Shown here: piece by piece, positions 36,250 through 49,454 of the stretch
Layout of the letters: the number at the start of each line of letters is the position of its first letter
Numbering within the stretch: the first letter of the stretch is position 1
DNA from: Eledone cirrhosa
Taxonomy: Eukaryota
Assembly (NCBI GenBank): GCA_964016885.1
Contig: OZ024740.1
Coordinates: forward strand, 98,022,001-98,086,000
Direction: 5' to 3'
Length of the DNA: 64,000 bases
Made by a program: the position numbers and the translations under genes
The notes under the pieces: generated by a model
What the model was told of the DNA's origin: nothing
The model's input: only the letters and a program-made list of their open reading frames with translations
Databases searched by the model: none

Positions 36250-36585
36250 AACACACAAACACACAAACACACACACACAGAAACACATGCTTACGCACGT
36301 GCACAAGCCCAGCGCTTTTTAAAAAACGTTTTTCTTTTCTTTTCAGGTAGACGCGATCTATTATCCACTTTTCTAAAAAATAAATCATACACAAAACGCC
36401 AGCACCAACAGTTTTCAACATGAATGGACCTCTTATTTTTAATAAAGACATTTTTTCCAATTCCATCCTGCCTGTCCCCTCAATCTATCTTATTCCTCAT
36501 TCTTTCTTCTTGCTATATCAAGCGTTAACCTAATATATCCCTTCCATATAATGTACCGATTGTGTTGATATTTCTGTTTACCTTT
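36250..36585 (+). mobile_element. Second pLTR copy of the 28.5-kb PLE family, lacking the hammerhead
   Basis: 36450-36580 matches 29768-29942 apart from a ~45-nt deletion that covers the ribozyme. Confidence 0.7.
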
Positions 36586-36642
<57 letters not shown>

Positions 36643-36697
36643 TTACATATACATTTACACATACATATATATATATACAAACATACATATATATATA

Positions 36698-37100
36698 TGG
36701 AGGCTACGGGTTTGGCGCAAGAAATGAAGAAGGCTTCTGGCTTCTAGAATTCTGCGACACCAATGACATGTTGATATGTAACACAAACTTCAAAAAACAC
36801 AACAACCATCTGATCAGCTATAGATCAGAGGGGCATTCTAGTCAGATAGATTTAATCATTATCAGATGATGAGATAGATGGACAGTTGTAGAAACAAAAG
36901 CTTTCCCTGGTGAAGAATATACCTCCCAATATAACTTAGTTGTCAGCGACTTCATTGTCAGAACTAGAGTTACTTGGAAACAGAAGCCAACCTGGAGAAT
37001 AAAGATATGGAAGCTGAAAGACCCCTCAGCCAGTAACAGATTCAAGGATATCTTACTCAACGCCTATGATAGTAAAGAAGAACAGATATAGACATTCAAT
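36698..37100 (+). mobile_element. RTE LINE fragment covering the C-terminal APE endonuclease
   Basis: GGYGFGARNEEG..LLEFC...ICNTNFKK...SY.S....SQID...SQYNLVVSDF. Its 3' part overlaps the start of 3457. An inverted RT fragment follows at ~37105-37280. Confidence 0.88.
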
Positions 37101-37333
37101 GATCCATCAGCTTTATGCCCCTATAGTTGCACATCTCCAGAGAAGACCCCTTTAACTTTGTTTATGAGAATATTGCTGCACCAATCTTTGGGTATGGCTC
37201 CACCATATATAGATTGATTGACGATGTGTGCAACCATTTTAGCACTGACTTCTACTGACGCCTTCAGCATCTCAGCAACATATACATATACATACATATA
37301 TATATATTCATATACATATACATATATAAACAT

Positions 37334-37379
<46 letters not shown>

Positions 37380-37642
37380 ATAATAATAAATTTGAAGACT
37401 AAAATCCAAAGAGGGCTCGATAAGGATAAATATATCAAATATATAAGAACCGTAGAGCAAATATTTATTAAAATAATAGATTTACTAAAATAACAAATTA
37501 AAGTTTAAGCAAAGAATCGCTGCAGCGATTCTTTGCTTAAATTTTAATCTGTTAATTTAATAAATATATATATATATATATATATTGAGTGAGTGAGTTG
37601 GAATTTGGCCGGAGTATCGCTAAAAAGCTTTCTCCGATATTG

Positions 37643-37697
<55 letters not shown>

Positions 37698-37918
37698 ATG
37701 CTTGGGGAGGGTCATATTGTTGTAATAATATTGCCAGAATTAATAACAGAACACACTCAGTTTTTGTTTCTGTATCTTTTATATCAGTTAATTCATTCGG
37801 TCCTCAATGTTTACCATTGACTGACCAACGGTCAAAAATACAGATATAATATAGATATAAACACATATATATAGTCTAACATACATATATTTACATATAT
37901 ATCTATACATTTATATAC

Positions 37919-37968
<50 letters not shown>

Positions 37969-37974
37969 GCATAC

Positions 37975-38220
37975 ATCCGCTTTTCCCTGCTTGCAAGGGT
38001 GGGACGGGAACTGATTCTGGCTTGATTTCTACAGCTAGATGCCCTTCCTAACACCAACCTCATTTACAGTGAGTGCTGGGTATTTTTTTTCCGTGGCACC
38101 TCCACGACCACTTTGCAGTGGAATGATAGGGACCCCAGTCCATATCATCTCATTTCTACAGCTGAGTAAACTGGAGCAATGTGAAATAAAGTGTCTTGCT
38201 CAAGGAAACAACACATCACC
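37975..38220 (-). mobile_element. CORE-like SINE fragment
   Basis: Matches ~2043-2307. Confidence 0.85.
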
Positions 38221-38385
38221 CATATATATATATATATATATACATATAAACATAAATATATATATACATAAAAATAAATATATATACATATACATATATA
38301 TATATACATATACATATATATATATATACATATACATATACATACATATATATATACATTTACATACATATATACATGTTTATAT

Positions 38386-38434
<49 letters not shown>

Positions 38435-38483
38435 CATATATAAATACATATATATATACATGTACATGCATATATATACATAT

Positions 38484-38551
<68 letters not shown>

Positions 38552-38658
38552 GCATATATATATATATATATACATATACATAGATACATATATACATACA
38601 CATACATATATATACATAGATACATATACATATATATATATATAACCATATGTATATG

Positions 38659-38709
<51 letters not shown>

Positions 38710-38732
38710 TTATATATGTATGTATGTATAAG

Positions 38733-38782
<50 letters not shown>

Positions 38783-39030
38783 AGTATGTACATACTACAT
38801 ATATGTATACAGACGTACAGTAGTATGTATATATATATATATACATACATGCATACATATATATATATGTACGTATGGATTCACTAAGAGTGAGACATGA
38901 AATTTCGTTTCATTTTTTCCATTTATATATATATATATATATGAAATGCCTATGATAGTTGGAAGATCACTGATGAAGGACAAACTTTTTTTCATATGTA
39001 ACCCATTTGCAACTCCGCAGCGCCCTTATT

Positions 39031-39096
<66 letters not shown>

Positions 39097-39104
39097 AAAT
39101 GTCT

Positions 39105-39380
39105 AGAGTCAGTCTTAAGCCAGAAAGCTCATTTGGCCGGTGCTTATCCCGGTTTCATGAAGTGAAGCAACTGAGAGTACAAGACTCCTCGTTCGACAGG
39201 ACGCCAGTCCATCGCAGGGTTAAACCTCCAGCTATTGCTGGTACTCATTTTCAGCTGAGTGTACTGGAGCAACGTGAAATGGAGTGTTTTGCTCAAGAAC
39301 ACAACACGCAGCCCAGGAATCGAACCCACGACATTATGATCGTGAGTCCAACATTCTTACCACAAGGCCATGTGCCTCCA
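39105..39380 (-). mobile_element. Third tRNA-derived SINE family (CORE-like centre, different tail)
   Basis: Minus strand: TGGCCTTGTGGT (A box), GGTTCGATTCC (B box), CTTGAGCAAAACACT...CAGCTGAAAATGAGTACC, CCCTGCGATGGACTGGCGTCCTGTC. Confidence 0.8.
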
Positions 39381-39404
39381 CAAATACATATATATACATA
39401 CAGT

Positions 39405-40149
39405 ATAAAAAAACGAAAAATCCTTGATACATCTGGACTCAGTTTATTGCGTGTTACAATTGTTTCTCCGGTAGGTAGCTCGAGACATGATCACTGTATG
39501 GATCTGGCTGATTCTACGTTTGCAGGTTCCTTCGGACACGGGCAGTTCGTACGGAGCAAATTTTCTCACTGGGGTGTTATCGTCAAAAAACAGCTTCAAA
39601 AAACATCTTCCACTCTTGTCATGCCATTGGCTGTTGTTATTCCACTTCATCTTAAGTTCTGGTCACTATTTACTGCTACACTGGTCATCAGCCATTTTCC
39701 GTCCGACACACTTCAATGGAGCCATGCTGGGTTCTGTATCTCACACATCTGTTCACACTCCAGAGTATGTACCTAAATATACACACACACGCGCAGGCAC
39801 AGACACATGCATGCATACACATATGTACGCATACATGTGTAGACACACATACCCCCATGCAGATATATACACGCACACACTCTCCTTCTCTTCCACAAAC
39901 TTAGACACACCCGCATCCAGATACCGACCGCCACATGCCTATTAGCGCCTGCCTAAACAGCACCATACATCCGGTGTTTAGGCAGGCGCTAATAGGCATG
40001 TGACGGTCGGTATCTGGATGTGGGTGTGCCTGGGTTTGTGAAAGAGAGGGAGAGGGTTTGCGTGTATATATGTGCATGGGGTATGTGTGTCTACACATGT
40101 ATGCGTACATATGTGTATGCATGCATGTGTCTGTGCATGCGCGCGTGTG

Positions 40150-40187
<38 letters not shown>

Positions 40188-40542
40188 CATACTCGGGAGT
40201 GTGAACAGACGTGTGAGTTACCGAACCCAGCATGGCTCCATTGAAGTGTGTCGGACGGAAAATGGCTGATGAATCGTGTAGTAGTAAATAGTGACCAGAA
40301 CTTAAGATGACGTGGAATAACAACAGCCAATAATCATGACAAGAGTGGAAGATGTTTTTTGATGATAACACCCCAGTGAGAACATTTGCTCCGAACGAAC
40401 TGCCCGTGACCGAAGGAACCTGCAGTCGTAGAATCAGCCAGATCCATACAGTGATCATGTCTCGAGCTACCTGCCGGCGAAACAATTGTAACACGCAATA
40501 AATTGAGTCCAGATGCATCACTGATTTTTCGTTTTTTTATAC
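39405..40542. mobile_element. ~1.1-kb palindrome of two head-to-head family D copies
   Basis: The arms meet at GCCTGCCTAAACA...TGTTTAGGCAGGC (~39947-39987). Each arm matches 20640-21195. Confidence 0.9.
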
Positions 40543-40697
40543 TATCCACACTCTGTTCTTTATGAATATTGAGTGCTAATTTTGGCATACCGCCTATAGA
40601 AGCACCATAGCTACTATTATACACAAGTATATATATACATATACATATACATATATATATATATATATATATACATACACATACATATATATATACA

Positions 40698-40935
40698 CTA
40701 GCAGATGTACCCGGCGTTGCTCGGGAAATGAATGACAGCCTGAATTGTTCAAGGTCGTGTATGGCTTAGCTACCAATTTCTGAGTGCATGTCAGCTTATG
40801 TCAGCTAATTGGCTAGCCAATGAGAGGTCGCCTCAATAGCACGTGGCAAATCGGCCTAGTACTTCGAAAGTTAAATGGAGCCTAGTATTTATACAAAAAA
40901 TCGATTTTTCGGCCCCAATATCGATGCTGGGAATC
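40698..40935 (-). mobile_element. 3' end of a non-autonomous Helitron
   Basis: Minus strand: CCCGAGCAACGCCGGG hairpin followed 8 nt later by CTAG|T. Confidence 0.8.
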
Positions 40936-41562
40936 TTTCATTGCGTAACGGTGTGTATACCAACGGGAATCAGACAACCAGAAATGGTATTACATCGGAG
41001 CGACTGGGAATACATTTAAAGCCCGTTGGTATACACACCGTTACGCAATGAAACATTCCCAGCATCGTTATGTAACTACCCTTGCAAACAAGACCTGGCA
41101 ACTGAGGGAAAGTAACCATCAATACACCCTGAAGTGGAAAAAATTATCGAACGCGCCCCCATACCGGAGTGGTATGAGAAGCTGTCGATTATGTGACCTT
41201 GAGCTGTTCCACATTTTGAGTTCGAAGAATCAGTTACTCAACCATAAAATCGAAAGATCAATTTATTGTAACCATAGACTCAAAGAAAAGTTTTCACACT
41301 TCAAGTGCAAATCGAACCCTTAACCTCTTACTACCAACTGACAAACTGCATATACTTAGACTTTATACCCTCTTATTGTATCTAACCCCTTTAATTTCCC
41401 ACAAAAACCAATACCAATATCCCTCCCTTCTCCTTCATTCCTCTTCTATTTCTTTTCGTTTTCTTCCTTTCTTCCCTCCCCTTTTTGGCTATCTTTTATT
41501 TTCATCTTTCTCCTCCCACCCCTTTTCTTTACTTTTATTTTTATCATTATTATTTTTATCTT

Positions 41563-41600
<38 letters not shown>

Positions 41601-42065
41601 CTCCTCCCTCTCTCTCTCTCTCTCTCACCATCCTTCCCACTATGATCAATTTAATTCTCTTTAACTCACTACAATCACCGACATGAAGTCTACATATCAA
41701 AACTAATCAAAGACCCCTTCCACCTCTACCCCTCACTCCATCTCAGTTTGTCACTCTACTTCCTAACTCTCCTCCCCTATCTCACTCTATACTATTCCGT
41801 GTGTCCCCTCACTTTTTAATTCCTCTTCCTCTCTCTCTATACTAGTAAATACAATTTTTTAAAAATGGTTTCTCTATATATTTATTTCTCTATATACTAT
41901 TTCAAGAGTAACTTACTCAGTATTTTGAAAATTTGGACGTGAACCACAATTATCATTGTGTGGCTACTATTTACAGAATAGCAATATAAGGTTGCACTTA
42001 CCAATGAAACGGTCGTAAATACCTGGATAAAATCCTTCTCTTAATGCTTACCTGTGTTTTCTCTT
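40936..42065 (+). mobile_element. 5'-truncated PLE: GIY-YIG C-terminal half plus pyrimidine-rich 3' UTR, with a 32-bp 5' inversion
   Basis: WYYIGATGNTFKARW..H...TTLA...W.L...KWK...CRLC..E...LLN...CNH. ~40936-40967 is the inverse of ~41022-41054. A decayed hammerhead remnant lies near 41968-42022. Confidence 0.85.
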
Positions 42066-42071
42066 CTATAT

Positions 42072-42209
<138 letters not shown>

Positions 42210-42377
42210 TACATAAATATATACAAATCTATCCAAGTAAAACTTGAACCGTACATAAATATATATATATATATATTGAAGTTTCCGTTGAAAACTGAAA
42301 AAGTCATAGGGGTGAAGAGTGTTCTATGTAAGTTACAGAGCTAAATTTAATGTATAATAAACAATACAATATAATTA

Positions 42378-42445
42378 CCTCATTACCAGAGGTTTCCCGA
42401 ATAAGACGAATACAAGAAAAGTCCGCATTCTTTCGTCAGACAAGG
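42378..42445 (-). ncRNA. Hammerhead ribozyme-like motif at the end of a long minus-strand pLTR-like tract (~42290-43790)
   Basis: Minus strand: CCTTGT-CTGACGA-AAGAAT...ATTCGG-GAA-ACC-TCT-GGT-A-ATGAGG. The base of stem II is mispaired. Confidence 0.55.
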
Positions 42446-43802
42446 CAATTTAAAACATAGTGAAATATTTGAAAAATCTCCTCAAGAAAGGCAAAAGTTT
42501 AACGGGCAAAAAAAAATATATATATATAAATAAAAGTAATACAAGAGATATATAAAAATAAAATAAAGAAATATAGTAAGGGTATGTGTATAAATGTATG
42601 TATATTCACCTACAAATGTACAAATGCATGTGTATAGTGAAAAGAATTGTGCGTAAGTACATACATGAGGGAAAGCATATCAGTGTATGTGACCACAAAT
42701 ACGTATAATATATGTTGAAAAAGGAATTGTAAGATAATAGAGTAAGCGTACATACAGACTCAGGGAATAACAATTGAAATATATACACATACAAGGATGA
42801 AAGGACGCGCGCGTATAAACATACACCGACGCGAAACCACATGCATGTATGTGATATATACAGGAAAGGGTGTGTATCAGTCAAAGCAGTGTCAGACTAA
42901 AGGTCGATACAGATATAAAAATATAAAATATGATAAATTAATGAAACAATATATAAGATAAGAATAACAATTAAGGCTAAGAGAAAGTAAGAGGGAGAGG
43001 TTATCAATTATAAAGTAACACTAGAAAAAATAGATAAAAAGTAGAAAACATGCAGAAGTTCGTACGCACATATATATATAAATATATATATATACGTACA
43101 GACAAAAACACAAGCACAAAAGGATACATACACATACATGCGTACATACATACAAAAGCGCGCATACATACACACGATACACATATATATATATATACAT
43201 GTACATCTAATCACACGCACGCGCGCGACCATATATATATATATATATATAAGTATGTAAAAAACATAGACGTAAAAGCACACATACACACACACATATA
43301 CACATACACGCGCACATACGAATGCATTCGTATACATATACAAACACGTATACACATATATGCACACATACACGCATACATACATATATAAAAATCAGCC
43401 GTATGAATAAATGGGCACCAGATATACGCAAGTAAACATACATAAAAGCGGTTGAGGGACAACAGAATATATCTGGAGTTAAAAATACAAGTGACAAGTG
43501 ATATCAGGTAGTGAAAGAAAAGGGGGAAGTAAAATCTGTAAAATTGTGAACATATAGAGTAAGTGAATCAAAAATCAGGGGGGGGGGGGTCACTAATGGA
43601 TGTAAAGTAAAAATAAAAATAAAAATAAAAATAAAAATAAACAAATTAATCACAAAGAGAAATCTGTAAAGAAGGTAAGTTAAGGAAAGTGAAGAACAAG
43701 AGTTTGTGGAGGATAAGTGTCTGAAAGTGAATTAAATTTATATGAGCTGGAAAGCAAGTGTGATTTCATGTGTGGGCAACTGGTGAAAATTTCTGTTTTT
43801 GC

Positions 43803-43885
<83 letters not shown>

Positions 43886-43886
43886 A

Positions 43887-44044
43887 ATAGGAACACGTAT
43901 GACCCCGACGGCAGAGCTCAAGCCGTTTCGACGGCTAATATGCCGTCGGGGTCATACTTGTTCCTATTACCCACTCTACTACCCTAAATATTGAGTACTT
44001 TGGTGCGTTATCGTCTATCTGGTTCCTTACCACATTTCCTTCGC
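43887..44044. mobile_element. Second copy of the short GC-hairpin element in (TA)n
   Basis: Matches 17293-17425 but has a longer, branched loop (AGCCGT..ACGGCT). Confidence 0.7.
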
Positions 44045-44118
44045 TATATACATAAATATATATATACATTAAAAAATATATATATATGTGTGTGTGTATG
44101 TCTGTGAGTGTGTGTGTT

Positions 44119-44150
<32 letters not shown>

Positions 44151-45649
44151 CATGTATTTGGTGTGTGTGTGTATGTAAAGCGTACATACATATTCCTATA
44201 TATACATGTTCAACATATTTTTCCGTAATGTTAGCTGATAGAATGACAGAAAACACCAAAGAGTACATGTATATCTAGAGTAAGCTGTCTGCAATTAAAA
44301 AGAGATCATTATGTGTTGCTTTAGATTTGAAAACGATTATTTCCCCAAAGTTGTACAATTTTCCCCCAAGCAACAAACAAAATATCTCATTATTATCATC
44401 ATCATCATTATCATCCTCACTATTTTATATCCAGCTGTCCATGTTGACATGGGCTGGACTGGTCATTACTACTGCAATAGACATATCAGGGAACTGTGTC
44501 TCACTGAGATATGTTCAATACTATCTAATAAATGTAAAGTTCTGCAATAATAATATCAATGTATTCACTCAGATTATTGCCACAAAATTACAAAACCATG
44601 ACAAAAGTTATGAATAATCATAGTAACAACTCCAATATGATATCATTAGACTTTGCCTGATCAGCAGGTATTTAGAAGTGGACAAATTCTTCTGACTTGG
44701 ACCTTTAGTTGGTGAATTAATCCTGTTGATTTGCCAAAATCTAATGGGCATGTTGAATTTGGGAAGTGAAAATGTCAATGAATTTCTTCTTCTATAAATG
44801 TGTCACAAATACAATTCAAGTAGCTCGAGCTTTCAGGATATAAATCCGAGAGATTCAGATATTCGCATATTCACAACAATTAATCTGCAATCAAATCACT
44901 GACATCTCCTTCATTATATTATTATCGAGGTATATAAGGGATATCAAAATTACCAAAGTGTAGAGTGGTTCTTAATATTAAACCTTTCTTCCACTATTTC
45001 TCTCTTTCTTTATTATCTTTCTATTTAGATAGTATTGTTAATAAAGAGAATTTTCATTAAACCACACCAAAGATAACACAGATTTTGACACCCCAAAAGT
45101 TTAAAGCCATTTCGCTGAAATATCTTAGCATCAAAATTGTGTTTCAATATAACATTAACCATTTTCATGCCAATCTGTCTGAAACAGTCCTTGATTCTAT
45201 GTTACAAAATAGTCCATTATAAAGTATTTTATTTGAATTTATACCATCCTTTTAAAATTTTATATGAGTTCATTCTGTCTACTTATGTTCTAAATCAACA
45301 GCTTCATAATAGATAAACTAGTTGTTGTTGCTCTCCTCTTTCTCCTTCTGAGGTTCATGGAAGCAAAGTCATTAGACTTGCCCTATATAGGGACTGACCA
45401 GAAGCAACTGTCTCTATATGATGCAGCTGAATCACTAAGTGAGACCAATGATACTTCTGGATGTTATCCAGCCCTGTTTCTCATGGTCTACCCCCAGGTC
45501 TCTTGCAAGTTGGCTTTAAAATATGCCATTCCAACCACATGTCCATAGTAACAGAGCTACTGTTATATATGTGTGGAGAAGTATCCACACTCAACATAAA
45601 GTACCTCCCTGATCTACAAGATATACGATACATTGTGTAATGTTACTCC

Positions 45650-46950
45650 AAAACCCTTTGGAGGGGTCCTACTTTGCACTTTTTAAATTCTTACCTAATA
45701 TTCATGATGATAGACAAGGGTAGTTATGGACTTTGAATTGAAAATATCACATTTGGCTTTTATACATGTCACTCATGACACAGTGCTGAATGTTGTTCAT
45801 TACTGTAGCAGCTCCAGAAATTCTTGCATTTAATTCAACTTCTTGCTCTCCATTGCTTGTGAAAAAGTCCCCTATATACTTGAACTTCACCTGTTTCAGA
45901 GTAATTCTACACTTTGCTGGTTGGCTTTAAAATATGCATGGTGATCCTTTACTAAGACATTCCAACCACATCCTTGTATGGAAGATGGACATATGATGAT
46001 GATGATACGTAATGTACTGTTGAGAATTTCAGAATTTCTTATGAGGTTGAATGTCTTCACAGCACTAATTTTCATTCTTGCCGTACAACACTCAGCAGCA
46101 AACTTATTTAGTGCATGTCAGAGATCACCTTCTGACAAGAAATACCATGTTGTCAGTAAATTCCAGCCAATTAATTCTACACTTGGCAGTTTTGATACAA
46201 CTCCGTAATTCGCTGCACGTGTTAATACGGTTCATGAAGTTTATGAACAGTAGAAGTGGCAATACACACCCTTACCATAGTCAGACACCCACAATGGATG
46301 TTTTCAACTTAGAATCATTTATCCAAATTCAAATACTAAGGCATTCATGCAGGGACTTTAAGGTAATAAGAAGCTGTCTGTTGATCCTATACTCCTCCAG
46401 AACCTTCCACAACAATTCCCATGAAACGTGGTTGTATGCCTTTTCAAGGTCAAGGAAACAAGCAACAATCTCTTGGTCATATGTCCAAAATTTCTCAAAG
46501 ACCTGCCGCAGAGTGAACATTTGGTTGGATGTGCTGCAACTGGGTCAAAAACCAAACTGTTCATAATCTTACTTAGTCTCAAAAATACCCTATATCTCTT
46601 TACCAAACACTTAGCATAGATTTTGCTGAGGAGACATAATAACACGTTTCTTCTATAATTAAAGTCACCTCTCTCGCTTGCCTCTCTTTTCGAAAATTGG
46701 GTTTATCACTTCTGATTCCCATTGCAATGAATGTCTTCAAGAATATAAGCCACCCAGTACACACATGTCAACCAAAGTCTCTGTTTAATGCTTTTAATAT
46801 CCCAGGAAAAGTGGCATCTTCCTAAGAGGTCTTGTGACTTTTGAGTGTTTTAATTGCTCTAGTCACTTTTACCCATTGATGCACTTCATGTACATCAGAA
46901 GAACTCCAGAAAAGTTTTGATAGCAAGCATGGAAGGGAACTTTTTATTAC
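45650..46950 (-). pseudogene. Old, decayed RTE-like LINE RT
   Basis: FTLRQVFEKFW...ACFLDLEKAYNHV...LWKVL at 46329-46520, and a QVKFKYIG remnant near 45870-45895. Confidence 0.65.
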
Positions 46951-48519
46951 AAAATTGGTGGATAGTCTGCCAGAATATTTTATTTGCTGATCTATCATCA
47001 AATTCCAGCTGAACCCTAAAATCTTGGATGCCTTTACTCTTTCTCTCTGCTTCAATGTCTTAATCTTGTATGCCTTTACTCTTTCTCTCTGCTTCAGCTT
47101 TTCACACCTTGTTGTACCATGAGTGCAAGAAGGAAGACTTATTTCAAAGCTAAGCCATGTAAGCTTCCTTCTTTGGTCAGACAGTAACTTTAACCCTCCG
47201 ATTAAATCAGAGGGTCTTACTGCCACCTGGTGCCACACCAAACTGATATCACTGCTATGATCATAAAGACGTGAGGGAGAAATCCAGCAGTATCATCAGA
47301 GTGTCAGATAAAATATTTTGTGGTATTTAGTTATGACCTTTCACATTTTGGGTTTATGTTCTACTGAAATTAACTTTGACTTTCATCCTTCTCGATAAAA
47401 TAAAGTACCAGTAGGGCACTAGGGTTAATTTAAATGACTGTCATCAACCACAAAGATTTAGGTCATCAGTATTTGTTATAACGTTTATTTATTCCCTGCA
47501 TTATAGTCAAGTAATAAAAGTCAAAATAAGATAGGATCGTCATGGCTGGAACATCTTTGTTTAGGATATACATACTTGAGGTAATTGAGAACTGTACATG
47601 ACTGGTATATTGCCAACTCACTAAGGCGCCTCTATATACTCAGTCAGGTAGGAATGGCATTCAAATGTGTACAAACCATTTTAATATTGATGGTTTGTAG
47701 GAGATGTAGCTTCTATTTCAAGCAGATTGAATGACCATGTAGAAGCTTAGAGTGAGAGTTTAGATAAATCACTTCAAATAGTCTTGTATTTACAAAAGCA
47801 TTAATTAGAGTACAGTAGAGAATCAAGATAATTTTCTCACTACACAGAATATTTTAAGGAACTACTGAGAAGCTCCATTATTATTGGTGGAGAATTACTA
47901 CAGTCGTTAAGGCATCAGATTAAATGCTTCACAGAATTTGATTTGGCTTTCTGTACTCTAAATACAATTTCCAAGGTCAACTTTGCTTCCACACTTTCAA
48001 TGTCAATAAATAAAGTCTGAATCTAGAGCAGGGGATTGGAAGAAATGTTAGAACATCAGATATGATGCACTGATGTGTCTCTTTCAGCCCTTTGAATTCT
48101 GAGTTCACCTGCGACATTACTAATACCATGTCATGTCATTCCATTGGTTCACATTTTTAATATGGAAATGAAGATTTGCTTGCACAGCTGACTGCTAGTC
48201 TTAAATAAAAAGACAACAAAAATCTTTGCCCAAATCTGTACCTTGGAAAGTTTATATCATTATTTTGTTTTGATGATTTTTTTAAATAATATTCTATTTC
48301 AAGCAACTGCATTAAAGAATGGCAATTTTAGCTATTAAAAACACAAAAAAATTTAATCCACTTTACATTTATTTTCATAAATGTTCAAGGCTCTGTTTAC
48401 AGCATGGTCTCTGACACAGGCGAAGTTTGTAATAACAACTTTAACGTCAAAAAATAAATAATAAATGTAAAGTAAATTTAACAGATTTTGTGTTTTTTGA
48501 ATAGCATTATGTAATTTTA

Positions 48520-48708
48520 GGGCGGTGGATTGGCAGTATCGGTAGAGGGTCGGACGCCATGCTTTCCAGCATAGTTACGTCCCTTTACGATCTGAGTTCA
48601 AATCCCGCCGAGGTTGACTTTACCTTTCATCCTTACGGGGTCGATAAAATAAAGTACCAGTAATGCACTGGGTATTTGCTGGCCTTGTGCCTAAAGTAGA
48701 AACAATTA
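48520..48708 (+). mobile_element. tRNA-derived SINE (second family), full length
   Basis: Near-identical to 6581-6768. A possible short TSD (TTATGTAATT) flanks both sides. Confidence 0.88.
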
Positions 48709-49454
48709 TGTAATTGCTTTCGTTTCAACACATGATATCACCTTAAGTCACTTGCTAAACAAGTACAACACTGAATAGACATTTTGTATTGTTTTACTGG
48801 TTGCAGCCATACTGAAGCACTACATTGAAAATGTGTAGTTAATCATTATACTTATTTATTTCATTTTACGTCTGGAACGTATCGATACTTATTTGTAGAA
48901 CTACGAAGTTAAAAGATAATCTGTTAGCATAAACATAGGCACAATCACGTATATACAAAGGGCTTCTCCACAATTCCCCTATACGAAATATATCTACGTT
49001 TCTGAATTTAGATCATTGTTCTCTAAATTCATTGACCATTGCTATCATATTTATGCTTTTCCATTAACCAAATTATCTTCCAGAAACTCCCATACTTGAT
49101 AATTACGAAATACAAAATTTTCATTGAGAAAATACATCCAGATACTTAACCTTGGCAACGTGTCCATAAACCAAGATGATTATAGGATTAATAACCACCA
49201 TATTACAGTTAAGGAACTCAATATTTGGCCTTCGTTAATTTGTTATCTATGAAAGCTTTTGCTTCTCACAAAATGAATTGTTTTAATACGTTTATTTAAT
49301 TGCAATAAATAAAGGTTTTGAATTATATGGAAATTGTGGTTTTTTTTATATCTTATTATTAATTAAAAAAGGAGGTGAGCATTTAAGATAAGCATTTTCT
49401 TTGTATGTAATCATAAACATTTGGCTACACACAAACTTATGTATTTTATTAACC

